IMG/VR virus record: IMGVR_UViG_3300047462_000400
Location: 50,870-114,869 of that record
Reading direction: 5' to 3' (one strand)
Origin: a virus
Length of the DNA stretch: 64,000 bases
Part shown: one piece after another, positions 41,011 to 50,251 of the stretch
Layout of the letters: each line of letters opens with the position of its first letter
Numbering within the stretch: position 1 is the first letter of the stretch
The notes under the pieces: generated by a model
Databases searched by the model: none
What the model was told of the DNA's origin: nothing
The model's input: only the letters and a program-made list of their open reading frames with translations
Program-made: the position numbers and the translations under genes

Positions 41011-43398
41011 TCAGTTGTAGAGGCCCTCTTCCTGCTGATCACCGATGAAGCCCAGGAACTGGTCTCCATCGCCGAGGCAGGCGCAGGCCGCCGTGTCGGC
41101 TCCACGGTGCTGCGGGCCGGGGCCGGGCAGCGGGGTGGGGCCGGGCTGCCAGCCGCCCTGCTGAGCTTCCGGTCGCCACGCCTGGTGCTCCATGCCGGGA
41201 GCCCAGTCCCCGGGGGGAGCGCCACCGCCGCCGCCGTGATGGCGATGGTGATGGGGCGCCACGGGAGGCGACACCAGCGGAGGAGGCGCCACCGCAACGG
41301 GCGGAGCGGGAGGAGCCGGCGGAGGAGGCGGCGGAGGCACCGCGCCCGCGGGCGGAGGGGGAGGAGGCGGCGGGGGTGCCGCCGCGGATGCGTCGGGCGG
41401 AGGCGGAGGAGGCGGCGGCGCACCGGCCGTCGGATCCTGGCTCACGCCGGGCGGGAGGTAGCCGTACTGCCCCTGCATCGCCTGCGCACGTGCGATGTGC
41501 GGATGGAGATGCGCTGCGCACTGGTAGAGCGCCTCCTGGGGGACACCCGGGAACGCCGAGGTCAGCGCTCCGTAGATGTTGTTCGGGTTGGCGATCACGC
41601 TCGCCGCTCCCTGCACGGCCTGCTGGGGCGCGATGAAGCGCGGCAGGACCGACGAGATGGTGTGCGTGATGTCGCGGAACAGGTTGCCGACGCCGGTGAT
41701 CCCAGCAATCCCGGGGGGCTCACCTGGCGTGCTCTTGCCGGTCCCCCAGACGTTCTGGAGTGTGGGGAACATGTCCCCCATGCCAGCCGCCTGGTCGAGC
41801 GCTTGAGCTGCCGTGGGGAACATGCCCGTGTCGCTCGGGCTGCCGAGCGCGAACGGACCGACGTCGGGAGCGCCGACACCGGGCTGCGGATACGGCACGC
41901 TGCCGACACCGGGCTGCGGATACGCCTGCGGGTACGCGGGCGGACCAGACAGCGCGCCGGCTCCGCCGCCGCTCGAGACCGCCGTCTGGGGCGGGGTCTG
42001 CTTCTGGTTGATGTGCGCCGCGATCTCGGCCGGGTAGAGCCGCGCGATGAAGCTCTTCTGGAGCCCCGCGCTGCTCGTGTCCTTCGGGGCGAGGAGCGGC
42101 ATGAAGACGCTCGACCAGAGAGTCGAGAAGAGCTTCACGCTGGAGCCGATGGCCAACCCCTCGAGCGTGCTTCGAACGAACGGTTGCTCGACGAAGACGC
42201 TCGCGACGGCGGGGACCGCCGCCAGGCCGACGTTGGCCGCGATGCGGAGGAGGCCGGGGGCCGCCGCCACGTTGAGCGTGTTGGCGAGCGTGCCCGCCCC
42301 ATCGCTCGTGAACTTGTCCTTGGGCTTGTCGGTGGCCGCCGGATCGTAGGTGGCGAGGAATCGGTCGATTCCGTCCGCCAGCACGAACCCGAGGCCGCCG
42401 GCGATGCAGGCCACCGCCATCTCGGCGACGTACATGCCGCGCCCCTCACGCGCGAACATCCTGCGCGAAGTCGAACGCTTGTAGCGGCGGCGCGGGCGCG
42501 AAGCCTCGGCGACCGTCTGCTCCTCACGCGCACGCTGACGACGCCGACGCGGACGGCGCGGCGCTTCGTACGCAAACGTCTCCCGCGCGCGACGCCGACG
42601 GGGTCTCGTGTGCGAGGTGCCCTTCCGGCGACGGCGCGCCCAACCCTTCTTCGCGGCCTTCGCGTGCGCGGCCTTGTCGTTCTTCCACGCCTCGCTCGCG
42701 CGAGTCCGCCGACGGGGGCGAGAACGCGGACGGCGCGTCGTCTCCTCCATCATGTGACCACCGGTCGGAGCGTGATGACGGCGGCGGCGGCGAGCCGGTC
42801 GACGAGCCTCGGCCGCAGCAGCGCGCGCGACCGGAGCCTCGCGAGCTCCGTGCCTCTTGCGCTTGCGCCAGCCCTTCTTTGCGGCCTCGCTGCGCTCACG
42901 CTTGGTCTCGCCCTTTCGGCGCCTCGGCCGACGACGGGGACGAGATGCTTCCTTGGTGGTGGTGGAGCGACGCCTAGCTGCCATGTCTTCCTCTCGTGCG
43001 ACTACGGCGCGAATGCCGTGGCCGAATGTGATGGTCCTCTTGACCTTGAGCCCCTTGGGGTCGAACTGACGAATCCGGATGTACTGATCGGTGACGTGGA
43101 CCTTGCCGTACTTGTAACCGTGCGACTTGGCCCAAGCCTTCGCCTTGCTGTCCGTCCAGCCGGCGCTCCGATCGAAGAGGAGAGACTGGACGTCCATCGA
43201 AGGACGTCGCGCCTCACCAATCGGGGGAGTGGCAGCAGGACGGGCAGGTGCGGATCGTGGTGCAGACGGAGGTCGTGCGACCGCTCCCGAAGAACGCGGA
43301 GCAACCGCCGAGCGTGTCGGTGCCGGCCAGCGATCCGCGACGCGACGGCCACGTCGAGAAGCGCTGAGTTCGGCGAGGCGGTTGTCGTAGAGCCCCAT
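41011..43398 (-). CDS. Arg-rich core/membrane protein (candidate DNA-condensing capsid-membrane linker)
   Basis: Compact N-module, about 200 aa of Arg-rich repeats, hydrophobic helices, Pro-rich C-terminus. Confidence 0.85.
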   Translation of the reverse strand: MGLYDNRLAELSASRRGRRVADRWPAPTRSAVAPRSSGAVARPPSAPRSAPARPAATPPIGEARRPSMDVQSLLFDRSAGWTDSKAKAWAKSHGYKYGKVHVTDQYIRIRQFDPKGLKVKRTITFGHGIRAVVAREEDMAARRRSTTTKEASRPRRRPRRRKGETKRERSEAAKKGWRKRKRHGAREAPVARAAAAEARRPARRRRRHHAPTGGHMMEETTRRPRSRPRRRTRASEAWKNDKAAHAKAAKKGWARRRRKGTSHTRPRRRRARETFAYEAPRRPRRRRQRAREEQTVAEASRPRRRYKRSTSRRMFAREGRGMYVAEMAVACIAGGLGFVLADGIDRFLATYDPAATDKPKDKFTSDGAGTLANTLNVAAAPGLLRIAANVGLAAVPAVASVFVEQPFVRSTLEGLAIGSSVKLFSTLWSSVFMPLLAPKDTSSAGLQKSFIARLYPAEIAAHINQKQTPPQTAVSSGGGAGALSGPPAYPQAYPQPGVGSVPYPQPGVGAPDVGPFALGSPSDTGMFPTAAQALDQAAGMGDMFPTLQNVWGTGKSTPGEPPGIAGITGVGNLFRDITHTISSVLPRFIAPQQAVQGAASVIANPNNIYGALTSAFPGVPQEALYQCAAHLHPHIARAQAMQGQYGYLPPGVSQDPTAGAPPPPPPPPDASAAAPPPPPPPPPAGAVPPPPPPPAPPAPPVAVAPPPLVSPPVAPHHHRHHGGGGGAPPGDWAPGMEHQAWRPEAQQGGWQPGPTPLPGPGPQHRGADTAACACLGDGDQFLGFIGDQQEEGLYN

Positions 43399-43454
43399 GT
43401 CACGACTGTTTCAACAGGCTATCGAGCCAGTTTTTTCATGAGAAGGTTCTCCAA

Positions 43455-43694
43455 TTCACGAATGCACACGCATGCACGTGCACGTGCACACGATGCACGG
43501 TTGCGCACGCCGCAAACGGTGGTTATGCACGCCGCGGATGCACGGCTAGAAGCCGTTAGCGATCAACTACTTATGCATCGGTGCGCGTCGCGTGCATCTG
43601 CATGTGTGCACACGTGCAGCGCGTGCGTGCGCATGCATGCGCGCGTGCATGTCGAATGCACGATTATGGACTCCGCGTGGACTCCGCGCGGAGT
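43455..43694. repeat. Non-coding TGCA-rich alternating purine/pyrimidine tract ending in GGACTCCGC repeats and a 14-bp palindrome
   Basis: About 16 TGCA in about 210 bp; ACTCCGCGCGGAGT at 43681-43694. Confidence 0.8.
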
Positions 43695-44357
43695 TCAACG
43701 GATGCCGGGGTAGAGCAGATCCGGCGCAGTCGCTGGACCGCTGAGCGCGCCGTCGCCGCCGCCGCTCATCCCTACGAAGTCGCCATGCGCGACTGCACGC
43801 TGATCTTTTCCGGGCTCCACCCACCACTCGCGCGCGTGCGGCGCAACGCGACCAGCCGGGTGATTGGTCGTGCCGTCCATCTTCACCCAGTCGTCGAGCT
43901 CGTCCTGGAACGCCATGAAAACGTGCGTCGGAACGTCGACCGGGTCCTTGTAGCTGCTGCCGATAATCATGGCCGGGATGGCGATCGACATCAGCGCGGC
44001 AGCGAGCGCGATGGCTGCCTCGTCGCAGTCGCCGCCGATGATGCAGAGACCACCCTCGTCGAGGCAGAGCAGCTGGTCGGGCGTCGCCATGAACTCGCCC
44101 ATGAGCGGGTCCGCGGCGTACGGAACCTTCTTCCGGAATGCATCGAGGATGCACTGAGCGATCTGGAGCCGACTGCTCTTCGACGGAGAGAGACCGCAGC
44201 TCGCGATCTGTTGCAGCACCCACGCGCGAAGGCGCGGTGACATGCGCGCTTTCCACGCGCGCGCTGCAACCTCCTCGAGCGACATGAGCGCGCCCTTGCG
44301 GCCCGCCGGATGCGGACGTTGATCGAGCTGCACACCAGTGACGGGCTTATCGATCAT
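43695..44357 (-). CDS. Transglutaminase-like (papain-fold) Cys protease/transferase
   Basis: GDCDE (Cys), THVF (His), MDGT (Asp) triad. Confidence 0.85.
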   Translation of the reverse strand: MIDKPVTGVQLDQRPHPAGRKGALMSLEEVAARAWKARMSPRLRAWVLQQIASCGLSPSKSSRLQIAQCILDAFRKKVPYAADPLMGEFMATPDQLLCLDEGGLCIIGGDCDEAAIALAAALMSIAIPAMIIGSSYKDPVDVPTHVFMAFQDELDDWVKMDGTTNHPAGRVAPHAREWWVEPGKDQRAVAHGDFVGMSGGGDGALSGPATAPDLLYPGIR

Positions 44358-45154
44358 CGTCCCCTCCGCGCTGCGCGCCGCGAGCTCGTTCCTCGTCGTC
44401 GTCCGCGTGGAGCTGGCTTGTGGTGGGTCGCGAGGTAGATGATGCCGCCCACCGTGCCGGCCCCGAGGAGGCCCAGGCCGACCATTGCGCCGGTGCTCAT
44501 CCCCTTGTGCGGCGTTGGAGTCGCTGCGGGCGCAGGCACTGGTGAAGGCGCAGGCGTAGGCGCAGGAGCAGCGAGCGCCGGACATGCAGCCGGAGCGTTG
44601 CTCCCGAGCACGGTCGCCATCGCATCGGCGGTCGCCTTCTCGAAGGTGCCGGTGCCGAGCGGCACGGGCAGTGGATTGTTCGGCACCGCGTTCCACGCGA
44701 CCTTGAAGTCGTGCACGGCGGCGTTCACCTTGCTGCCTGCCTGCTGCACCGACTGGCAGAAGTTCGGGTCCGCGGCGATGGCGGCAGCAGCGGCTTGTGC
44801 AGCACCAAGCACGTCCGCAACTGACTGCGGTCCGGTGAACGTGGTCGCGGGCGCCGGTTGGGGAGCGGGCGCTTGCCCAAGCGCGCCCTTACCGGGCGTC
44901 ACGCCGTCTGCGTACGGGAGCGCCGCGAAGTATTCGGGCGGCAGCTGGTCCATCTCGCCGTTGAACCACTTGTCAGGCAGCCAGAGTCGCTCACCGGGAT
45001 GCAGCGACTGGAACGTGATGAAGCCGTTTGGGAACGTGATCGTCGGCTTGTGCGGGTTCGCGCGGATGAGGTCCACCGCGCACTTCGGGCAACCAGCGTA
45101 ACGGACCGCGATGTTCGCCGGGCTGTCGCCCTCGCGTGCTTCGTAGACCTGCAT
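44354..45154 (-). CDS. LysM-variant protein with C-terminal TM and basic tail
   Basis: GDSP...RANPHKP...TFQSLHPGERLWLP; GMSTGAMV-TM. Confidence 0.88.
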   Translation of the reverse strand: MQVYEAREGDSPANIAVRYAGCPKCAVDLIRANPHKPTITFPNGFITFQSLHPGERLWLPDKWFNGEMDQLPPEYFAALPYADGVTPGKGALGQAPAPQPAPATTFTGPQSVADVLGAAQAAAAAIAADPNFCQSVQQAGSKVNAAVHDFKVAWNAVPNNPLPVPLGTGTFEKATADAMATVLGSNAPAACPALAAPAPTPAPSPVPAPAATPTPHKGMSTGAMVGLGLLGAGTVGGIIYLATHHKPAPRGRRRGTSSRRAARRGR

Positions 45155-45183
45155 AGCCTGCTCTCCGGATCCTTTGGGCTGAC

Positions 45184-45208
45184 GATTGCAACCGTCGCCT
45201 TTGCAATC
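45184..45208. promoter_or_regulatory. Inverted repeat upstream of the LysM/protease genes (candidate operator)
   Basis: GATTGCAA-9-TTGCAATC. Confidence 0.5.
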
Positions 45209-45235
45209 CAGCCTACGCGCACACCCCTTGACGGT

Positions 45236-45559
45236 CTAGGGGATGGGCGGGCGCCGTCCGCGCGGGAACGGTGAGGGCATCGGAGGAAAGTGCGGGTGCG
45301 GCGGCAACATCGGCATCGGCGTGAGCATCGCGAGCGATTGCAATGCAACCGCGAGCTGGTCGGCGCGCACGCGCACGTTCTTGCCGCCGAATGCATCCCC
45401 CTTTCCGCGCACTTCGAGCACCGCTCCGACGCTCGGCGTTCCGTCGATGGCCTCGATCGGTACTTCGATGCAACCGAGGCATGGACGAATCTTTCCCACC
45501 TCCTCGAATTCCGCGTTCGCGACTCCGAACACGTCGCCGCCGCCGTCGCCGCCGTTCAT
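45236..45559 (-). CDS. Hypothetical protein with Pro-rich tail
   Basis: ATGA coupling. Confidence 0.65.
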   Translation of the reverse strand: MNGGDGGGDVFGVANAEFEEVGKIRPCLGCIEVPIEAIDGTPSVGAVLEVRGKGDAFGGKNVRVRADQLAVALQSLAMLTPMPMLPPHPHFPPMPSPFPRGRRPPIP

Positions 45560-45744
45560 GTGCCATCTCCATTGCGCTTCGGCATGTAGACCTGCACGGG
45601 GCCGAGCGTCCGGATGCCCTCCGTGTCGATCGCCATCTTCACGAGCGGGTTCTTGAGCAGCTCACCGAGCTTGTTGGCGACGTCGACCGCGTGGTGGTCG
45701 TTCGCTGCGTCGATGTCGACGTGCATGAGCACTCGGTACTTCAT
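45556..45744 (-). CDS. Small hypothetical protein
   Basis: MKYRVLMHVDID; coupled. Confidence 0.65.
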   Translation of the reverse strand: MKYRVLMHVDIDAANDHHAVDVANKLGELLKNPLVKMAIDTEGIRTLGPVQVYMPKRNGDGT

Positions 45745-46175
45745 GACGGCTCGCGCTCGTGCATGGGCGGTTGCTCGTGCGGTCCGGATGCAGGCGGCGG
45801 CGGCGCGATGAAGCAGAACGGGTGACCGCAGTGCCGGCAGCTCGCGCGGTTCGGGTTGTTGAACGTCGCGCACTTGCAACATCCGATGCCGGCCTCTGCG
45901 TGCCGGGATGCTTCGATAGGGAAGCACCGCTGGGCAGGCTCACGGATCGGCCGGACGTTGTCGGGGTCCTCCTGCGCGTACGGTCCCACCGGTTGCGGTT
46001 GCGGGTACGGGCCAGGAACGTATCCCGGTGGCGCACCAGGCGGCACCCAACCGGGAGGAGGTAGAGCAGGCTTTGCACCTCGTGCGGTTGCACCGACCCG
46101 AACGCCTTGTTGATGGCGCGGAAGATGACGCTCCAGCTCGTCGTGGTTGAACTCGAAGTTGATGACCGTTCGCAT
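45741..46175 (-). CDS. Pro-rich protein with RanBP2-like zinc finger
   Basis: CCKCATFNNPNRASCRHCG. Confidence 0.7.
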   Translation of the reverse strand: MRTVINFEFNHDELERHLPRHQQGVRVGATARGAKPALPPPGWVPPGAPPGYVPGPYPQPQPVGPYAQEDPDNVRPIREPAQRCFPIEASRHAEAGIGCCKCATFNNPNRASCRHCGHPFCFIAPPPPASGPHEQPPMHEREPS

Positions 46176-46208
46176 CAGGACGCCCTCCGTACCCCAGGTC
46201 TAGGTCGC

Positions 46209-48248
46209 TCAGCCGCCCATGCCGGGCGGCATCCCCCACGTTCTCCGTTTCGGCTCACCCGCCGCTTCCGAGATTGGGGGGGGCATCTGCGCGGGGGGCT
46301 CCGGGAGCGCCTGCTGTACCGGCGCAGCGGGAGCCGCGGGCGGCTGCGACGCAGCTGGTGCTACTGCCATGGGCGGTCCCACGACGTACCCGGGCGGGGG
46401 CTGCTGGAGTGGGCGACCGTCTGCACCGACCTCGATGTACCCCGCCGGCAATTGCGGTCTCGGTTGCGCGGCAGCGGCCTGCCTCGTCTCCCGTTCCGCC
46501 TGCGCTTTGCGGATCTTGTCGGTCTGCTCGCCGATGAAGTTGAGGAACCGGTCGAGGTTGGCAGCGCCGGTCTCCCAGAGTCGCCCGGACCCGTCGCTCT
46601 TGTTGATGATGACCTTGCCCAGCCCGGTATCGAGGATGCGCACCGGGCTGTCCTCCTCCGGATCGCGCTCCGGTTCTGGAGGGGGAGGAGCGGCTGGCTG
46701 CTGGGGGGGTCGAATCTCGTCCGCGAACTGGACGATCGTCCGGAAGAGGGACATCGACTCACGCATCTCTTCAGCTGCCGACTTCTGGCGCTGGGGCGGC
46801 TGGTACGGGACCGGACCCGGGGGGGCGGTCGGGTCGTTGGCCGGCGGCTGCCCGTAGTAAGAAGGAGGAGGGCGTGGTCCGCCGTACGGTCCTCGGTAGG
46901 GGCCGGCGCCCGGTCGCATAGCCACGCTGCCCCCCTGGACCGCTTGCCGAAGCGATTCTTCGGGCACGAATCCCCATCCGGGCACGAAGACCGTGCCGGG
47001 CGGGGGAGGCGGTTGCTGGACCGGCGCCGGTGCGGGAGGGGGAGCGGGCGCCCCGAACGCTTGCGCGAGCCGTTCGGTCTGGATGAACCCGAAGTTGGGG
47101 ACGTGCGACCAACCGGGAGGCGCCTGCATCTGCGGCGCCGGAGCCGGTTGCGGAGGCGGTGCAGGAGGCGGAGGGGGCGCCGGAGGAGGTACGGCTGCGG
47201 TAGCCGCTGCGACGGCTGCGGCGGCGGTCTGCTGCATCGCGTACTGCGCACGCTGCAAGAAGTCGAACTGCTGCTGCTGCATGAGCTGCATCATCGACCC
47301 GAAGTCCGGCGGTAGGCCCGCCGGTACCGGGCGGCCTTGCTGCGTCGCCGCCGACCAGAGCTCCCACTGCTGGCGCTGCCACGCCATCAGGCCGTTCATG
47401 TCGATGCCGGGAGGAGGCGCAGGCGGGGGCGCGGGCTGCATCACGGCAGGAGCCGGAGCCGCTACCGGTGCGGGAGCGGGCACGGGCGCGGGTGCAGGTT
47501 GCGCGACGGGAGGAGGTTGGGCCGCCATCGGCGGCTGCTGGTAACCCGGGGGCGGGTAACCGCCGGGTGGATAGCCGCCGGGCGGGTAACCGTACGGTGC
47601 TGCCGCGGGCGGGTAGCCAGGCGCCGCAGGAGCGTACCCAGGAGGAGGCTGCTGCGGAGGGTAACCGAACGGGTTGAAAGGGTTCATGGGCGGCTGTCCT
47701 TGCAGTTGCGGCTGGGGCTGGGGCTGCGCTTGCTGCGTGCGCCCGTCCGGCATCGTGATCTTGCCTTTGCCGAGGTACTTCTTGCTGCTCCGGTCGACGA
47801 AGTTGATCGCGTAGTCTGCTTCAGCGTTCGTGCCGTGGAGCTGCCGGAGGCACTCATAGAGCTCGGAACCGTTGCGCGGACCGCTGTTGATGACGTTCTG
47901 CGTGGGCGAACCGGTGATTCGCTTGACGCTGATCTCTATCTCGTTCGGCGCCCAGTACCGCGTGATGTTGCCGTACAGCACGAGCACGTCGTCCACGTTG
48001 AAGTGGACGCCGGTCATGTTCGCGCGCTTCTTGCCGACGATGGTGTCGATGCGCGCGTTCTCGCGGATGCTCTCCGCATCGAGCGCGCCGAGCTCTCGGA
48101 CCTTGGCCTCGTCGATCACGAGCTCGCCGGTGTCCGGGTCCGGCTCTGCACCGACCTCGGCGACGATGTCCGCCTCGTCCTGCTGGATCGGGGTGCTTAC
48201 ACCTTGCTCGGGCTGCTGCTGCTGACGAATTCTTCTGCGTGCCGCCAT
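46209..48248 (-). CDS. 679-aa Pro/Gln/Gly/Tyr low-complexity protein with folded N-terminal domain
   Basis: PPGY repeats, poly-Q/P tracts, short helical islands. Confidence 0.85.
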   Translation of the reverse strand: MAARRRIRQQQQPEQGVSTPIQQDEADIVAEVGAEPDPDTGELVIDEAKVRELGALDAESIRENARIDTIVGKKRANMTGVHFNVDDVLVLYGNITRYWAPNEIEISVKRITGSPTQNVINSGPRNGSELYECLRQLHGTNAEADYAINFVDRSSKKYLGKGKITMPDGRTQQAQPQPQPQLQGQPPMNPFNPFGYPPQQPPPGYAPAAPGYPPAAAPYGYPPGGYPPGGYPPPGYQQPPMAAQPPPVAQPAPAPVPAPAPVAAPAPAVMQPAPPPAPPPGIDMNGLMAWQRQQWELWSAATQQGRPVPAGLPPDFGSMMQLMQQQQFDFLQRAQYAMQQTAAAAVAAATAAVPPPAPPPPPAPPPQPAPAPQMQAPPGWSHVPNFGFIQTERLAQAFGAPAPPPAPAPVQQPPPPPGTVFVPGWGFVPEESLRQAVQGGSVAMRPGAGPYRGPYGGPRPPPSYYGQPPANDPTAPPGPVPYQPPQRQKSAAEEMRESMSLFRTIVQFADEIRPPQQPAAPPPPEPERDPEEDSPVRILDTGLGKVIINKSDGSGRLWETGAANLDRFLNFIGEQTDKIRKAQAERETRQAAAAQPRPQLPAGYIEVGADGRPLQQPPPGYVVGPPMAVAPAASQPPAAPAAPVQQALPEPPAQMPPPISEAAGEPKRRTWGMPPGMGG

Positions 48249-48255
48249 CTACCCC

Positions 48256-48726
48256 TCAAGACGGTGCAGTCTGTCCATTCGTAACTGGCGCCTGCTCGGG
48301 CTCCGGATCTCCGGGCTCCGGCTCGGGCTCTGGCTCGTCCTCCTCGGCGGCGGCGAGCTCCTCCACGAAGACGTCGAGCGGCATCGCTTCCTCGATGAGC
48401 CGCACCCAGCTCATCGGAACGAGGTTGCGCATCCCGGCCTTGCCGTCGTCCGACACCGAGTAAACCTCGACGCCACCCCGGTCGACGAACATCCGCATGA
48501 CCTTCATCTGCGGCACGAGCGGATGCGCCTGCCCGACGATCCACGTGATGGGCTCTTCCTTCGTGCTCTGTTCGAGGGAGATGGACCCCTTGCAGTGCGG
48601 GCAGCCCACGGTCTTGGTCTGCGCTTCCGGGAAGAGTGCGTTCGAGATCATGCGCGTGAGCATCGGGAAGCCCGGCTCCGGCAGTACGACGTTCCTTGTG
48701 GCAGTGGTGCCGGTGGGCTGAGTCAT
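48256..48726 (-). CDS. Hypothetical protein with CPHC and acidic tail
   Basis: GGAAGG RBS. Confidence 0.75.
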   Translation of the reverse strand: MTQPTGTTATRNVVLPEPGFPMLTRMISNALFPEAQTKTVGCPHCKGSISLEQSTKEEPITWIVGQAHPLVPQMKVMRMFVDRGGVEVYSVSDDGKAGMRNLVPMSWVRLIEEAMPLDVFVEELAAAEEDEPEPEPEPGDPEPEQAPVTNGQTAPS

Positions 48727-48771
48727 GAGAAAACTTTCCTTCCGATGGGCAAGCGGAATTGCGAGAACCCT

Positions 48772-49419
48772 TTACAGGGCTCCGTCTTCTGCGAACGAGT
48801 AGTAGCTCGGTCTCTCTACGTCCCCTCCGCAGATGATGTGGTCCATGAGGTCGATGTTCACGATGTCGAACGCCTTCACGAACGCCTTCGTCGTGTCCTT
48901 GTCTGCCTGGCTGGGCTTCGCTTCGACGCCTGACGGGTGGACGTGGAAGAGGATGACGGCGTGCGCACCGTCGATCAGCGCAGCCTGGAGCGTCGGGACC
49001 ATCGGTGCTGCCACGCTCGACGCTTCTCCACGACCGGTCTCCCACGACCCCACGTGAAGCAGATGCAGGTTGAGCGTCACGAGGCCGAAGACCTCGTTCA
49101 CCTCACCGCCGATGAGCTCCTGGATGTACCGGAACGCCTTCTTGGGGTCGTTCAGCGGACCGATACTCTCCGCGAGCGCGTTGCACGCCGCGAACCGTTC
49201 CATGTCCTTCTGGGCCGTGAGGAACGGTCGACACCTTGGCTCTCCGGGCGGATTGAGCGGCATGGCCCCTGGTACCGAGTGCGGGCGGACCTGCTCGGCC
49301 ACCTCTCGTGCACGGATTCCCGCGCCGACCGGCTCGTGGCACCCGCACCCCCCGTTGCCTCGCCGCCGCACGATTGCGTCCGGGTCGTAGACGACCCGAG
49401 CTGTCCGTTGCTGAATCAT
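48772..49419 (-). CDS. RadC-like JAB-domain protein
   Basis: E...HVHPSG...PSQAD...DHII; ATGA coupling. Confidence 0.88.
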   Translation of the reverse strand: MIQQRTARVVYDPDAIVRRRGNGGCGCHEPVGAGIRAREVAEQVRPHSVPGAMPLNPPGEPRCRPFLTAQKDMERFAACNALAESIGPLNDPKKAFRYIQELIGGEVNEVFGLVTLNLHLLHVGSWETGRGEASSVAAPMVPTLQAALIDGAHAVILFHVHPSGVEAKPSQADKDTTKAFVKAFDIVNIDLMDHIICGGDVERPSYYSFAEDGAL

Positions 49420-49787
49420 GCAGCGGCCTCCATCTTCTCGGTCTTCTCGGCCGGCTTGCCGTCGAGGTCGAGGCGGGTCGAGAGCGGGTTGCCGTCGAGC
49501 AGCGTGAAGTCGTCGAGGGTGACGTCGTGCACGCGGTGGATCACCTCGCTGACGAGAAAGGTGACGCGGTGGATGGCGCCGCCGCGGAAGAACTCGTCGT
49601 ACACGGCCTTGCAGACGACGATGTCGCCGACGTTGTAGCCCGCATCGGTCGCTTCCTTGCTGACCGACTCGATGAGGTAGCAGCGCGTGTTGCCCTTCGC
49701 GCCGGCGTTCGGCGTGATGATGGTGCCGAGCATCTTGCTGACGATGGCGTGTCCAACGATCCAACTGTTGACCGGTTCGAGTCTCAC
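49416..49787 (-). CDS. GroES-like co-chaperonin candidate
   Basis: LEPVNSWIV...IITP...IESV...GYNVGDIVV. Confidence 0.6.
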   Translation of the reverse strand: MRLEPVNSWIVGHAIVSKMLGTIITPNAGAKGNTRCYLIESVSKEATDAGYNVGDIVVCKAVYDEFFRGGAIHRVTFLVSEVIHRVHDVTLDDFTLLDGNPLSTRLDLDGKPAEKTEKMEAAA

Positions 49788-50251
49788 GGGGTGGTCTCCT
49801 TGAGTTCTGGGGTGTCCGCCGGGGGCGGTGTTGTTGTCTTTCCGCGAAGCGTTTCGAGCTCGGCCTGCGCTACGACCAGCTCGGCCATGATCTCGCTGAA
49901 GTGCTCGCGGCTGGGCGCAAAGTAAGACGCATCCGCTGGCCGTCGAGCGTCGATGGTAGCGAATTGACGCGCAGAGTTGAGCACGACGAGCGCTGACAGG
50001 CGGAGCTCCCGGTCCGGACAGTCACGGAGGCAGACCTCCGTCTCGCTCGCTTCGCCCGGACAGCCGGCGGTGTGTTTGCAGCCGGCGACCATCTCCGCCG
50101 CCGCGCGCCCTGCGATCTCCCAGGCGACTTTGCTGCGCCAGAGCGCGAGTTTCATCCCTTCCCAGTGCCGGAGCGGGACCTCGACTCGCTGGTCGCCAGG
50201 GTTGTCGAGCCCCATCATTGCTCGGGGATTGGCGCGAGGATTCGGGTTCAT
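49784..50251 (-). CDS. Hypothetical protein with Cys cluster and coiled coil
   Basis: TAATG coupling. Confidence 0.7.
   Translation of the reverse strand: MNPNPRANPRAMMGLDNPGDQRVEVPLRHWEGMKLALWRSKVAWEIAGRAAAEMVAGCKHTAGCPGEASETEVCLRDCPDRELRLSALVVLNSARQFATIDARRPADASYFAPSREHFSEIMAELVVAQAELETLRGKTTTPPPADTPELKETTP

Noticed and set aside
41730-41760. GTGKST in the Arg-rich protein as a Walker A of a packaging ATPase
   Set aside because: Lacks the upstream Gly of GxxxxGK(S/T), has no preceding beta-strand or Walker B, and sits in a low-complexity region
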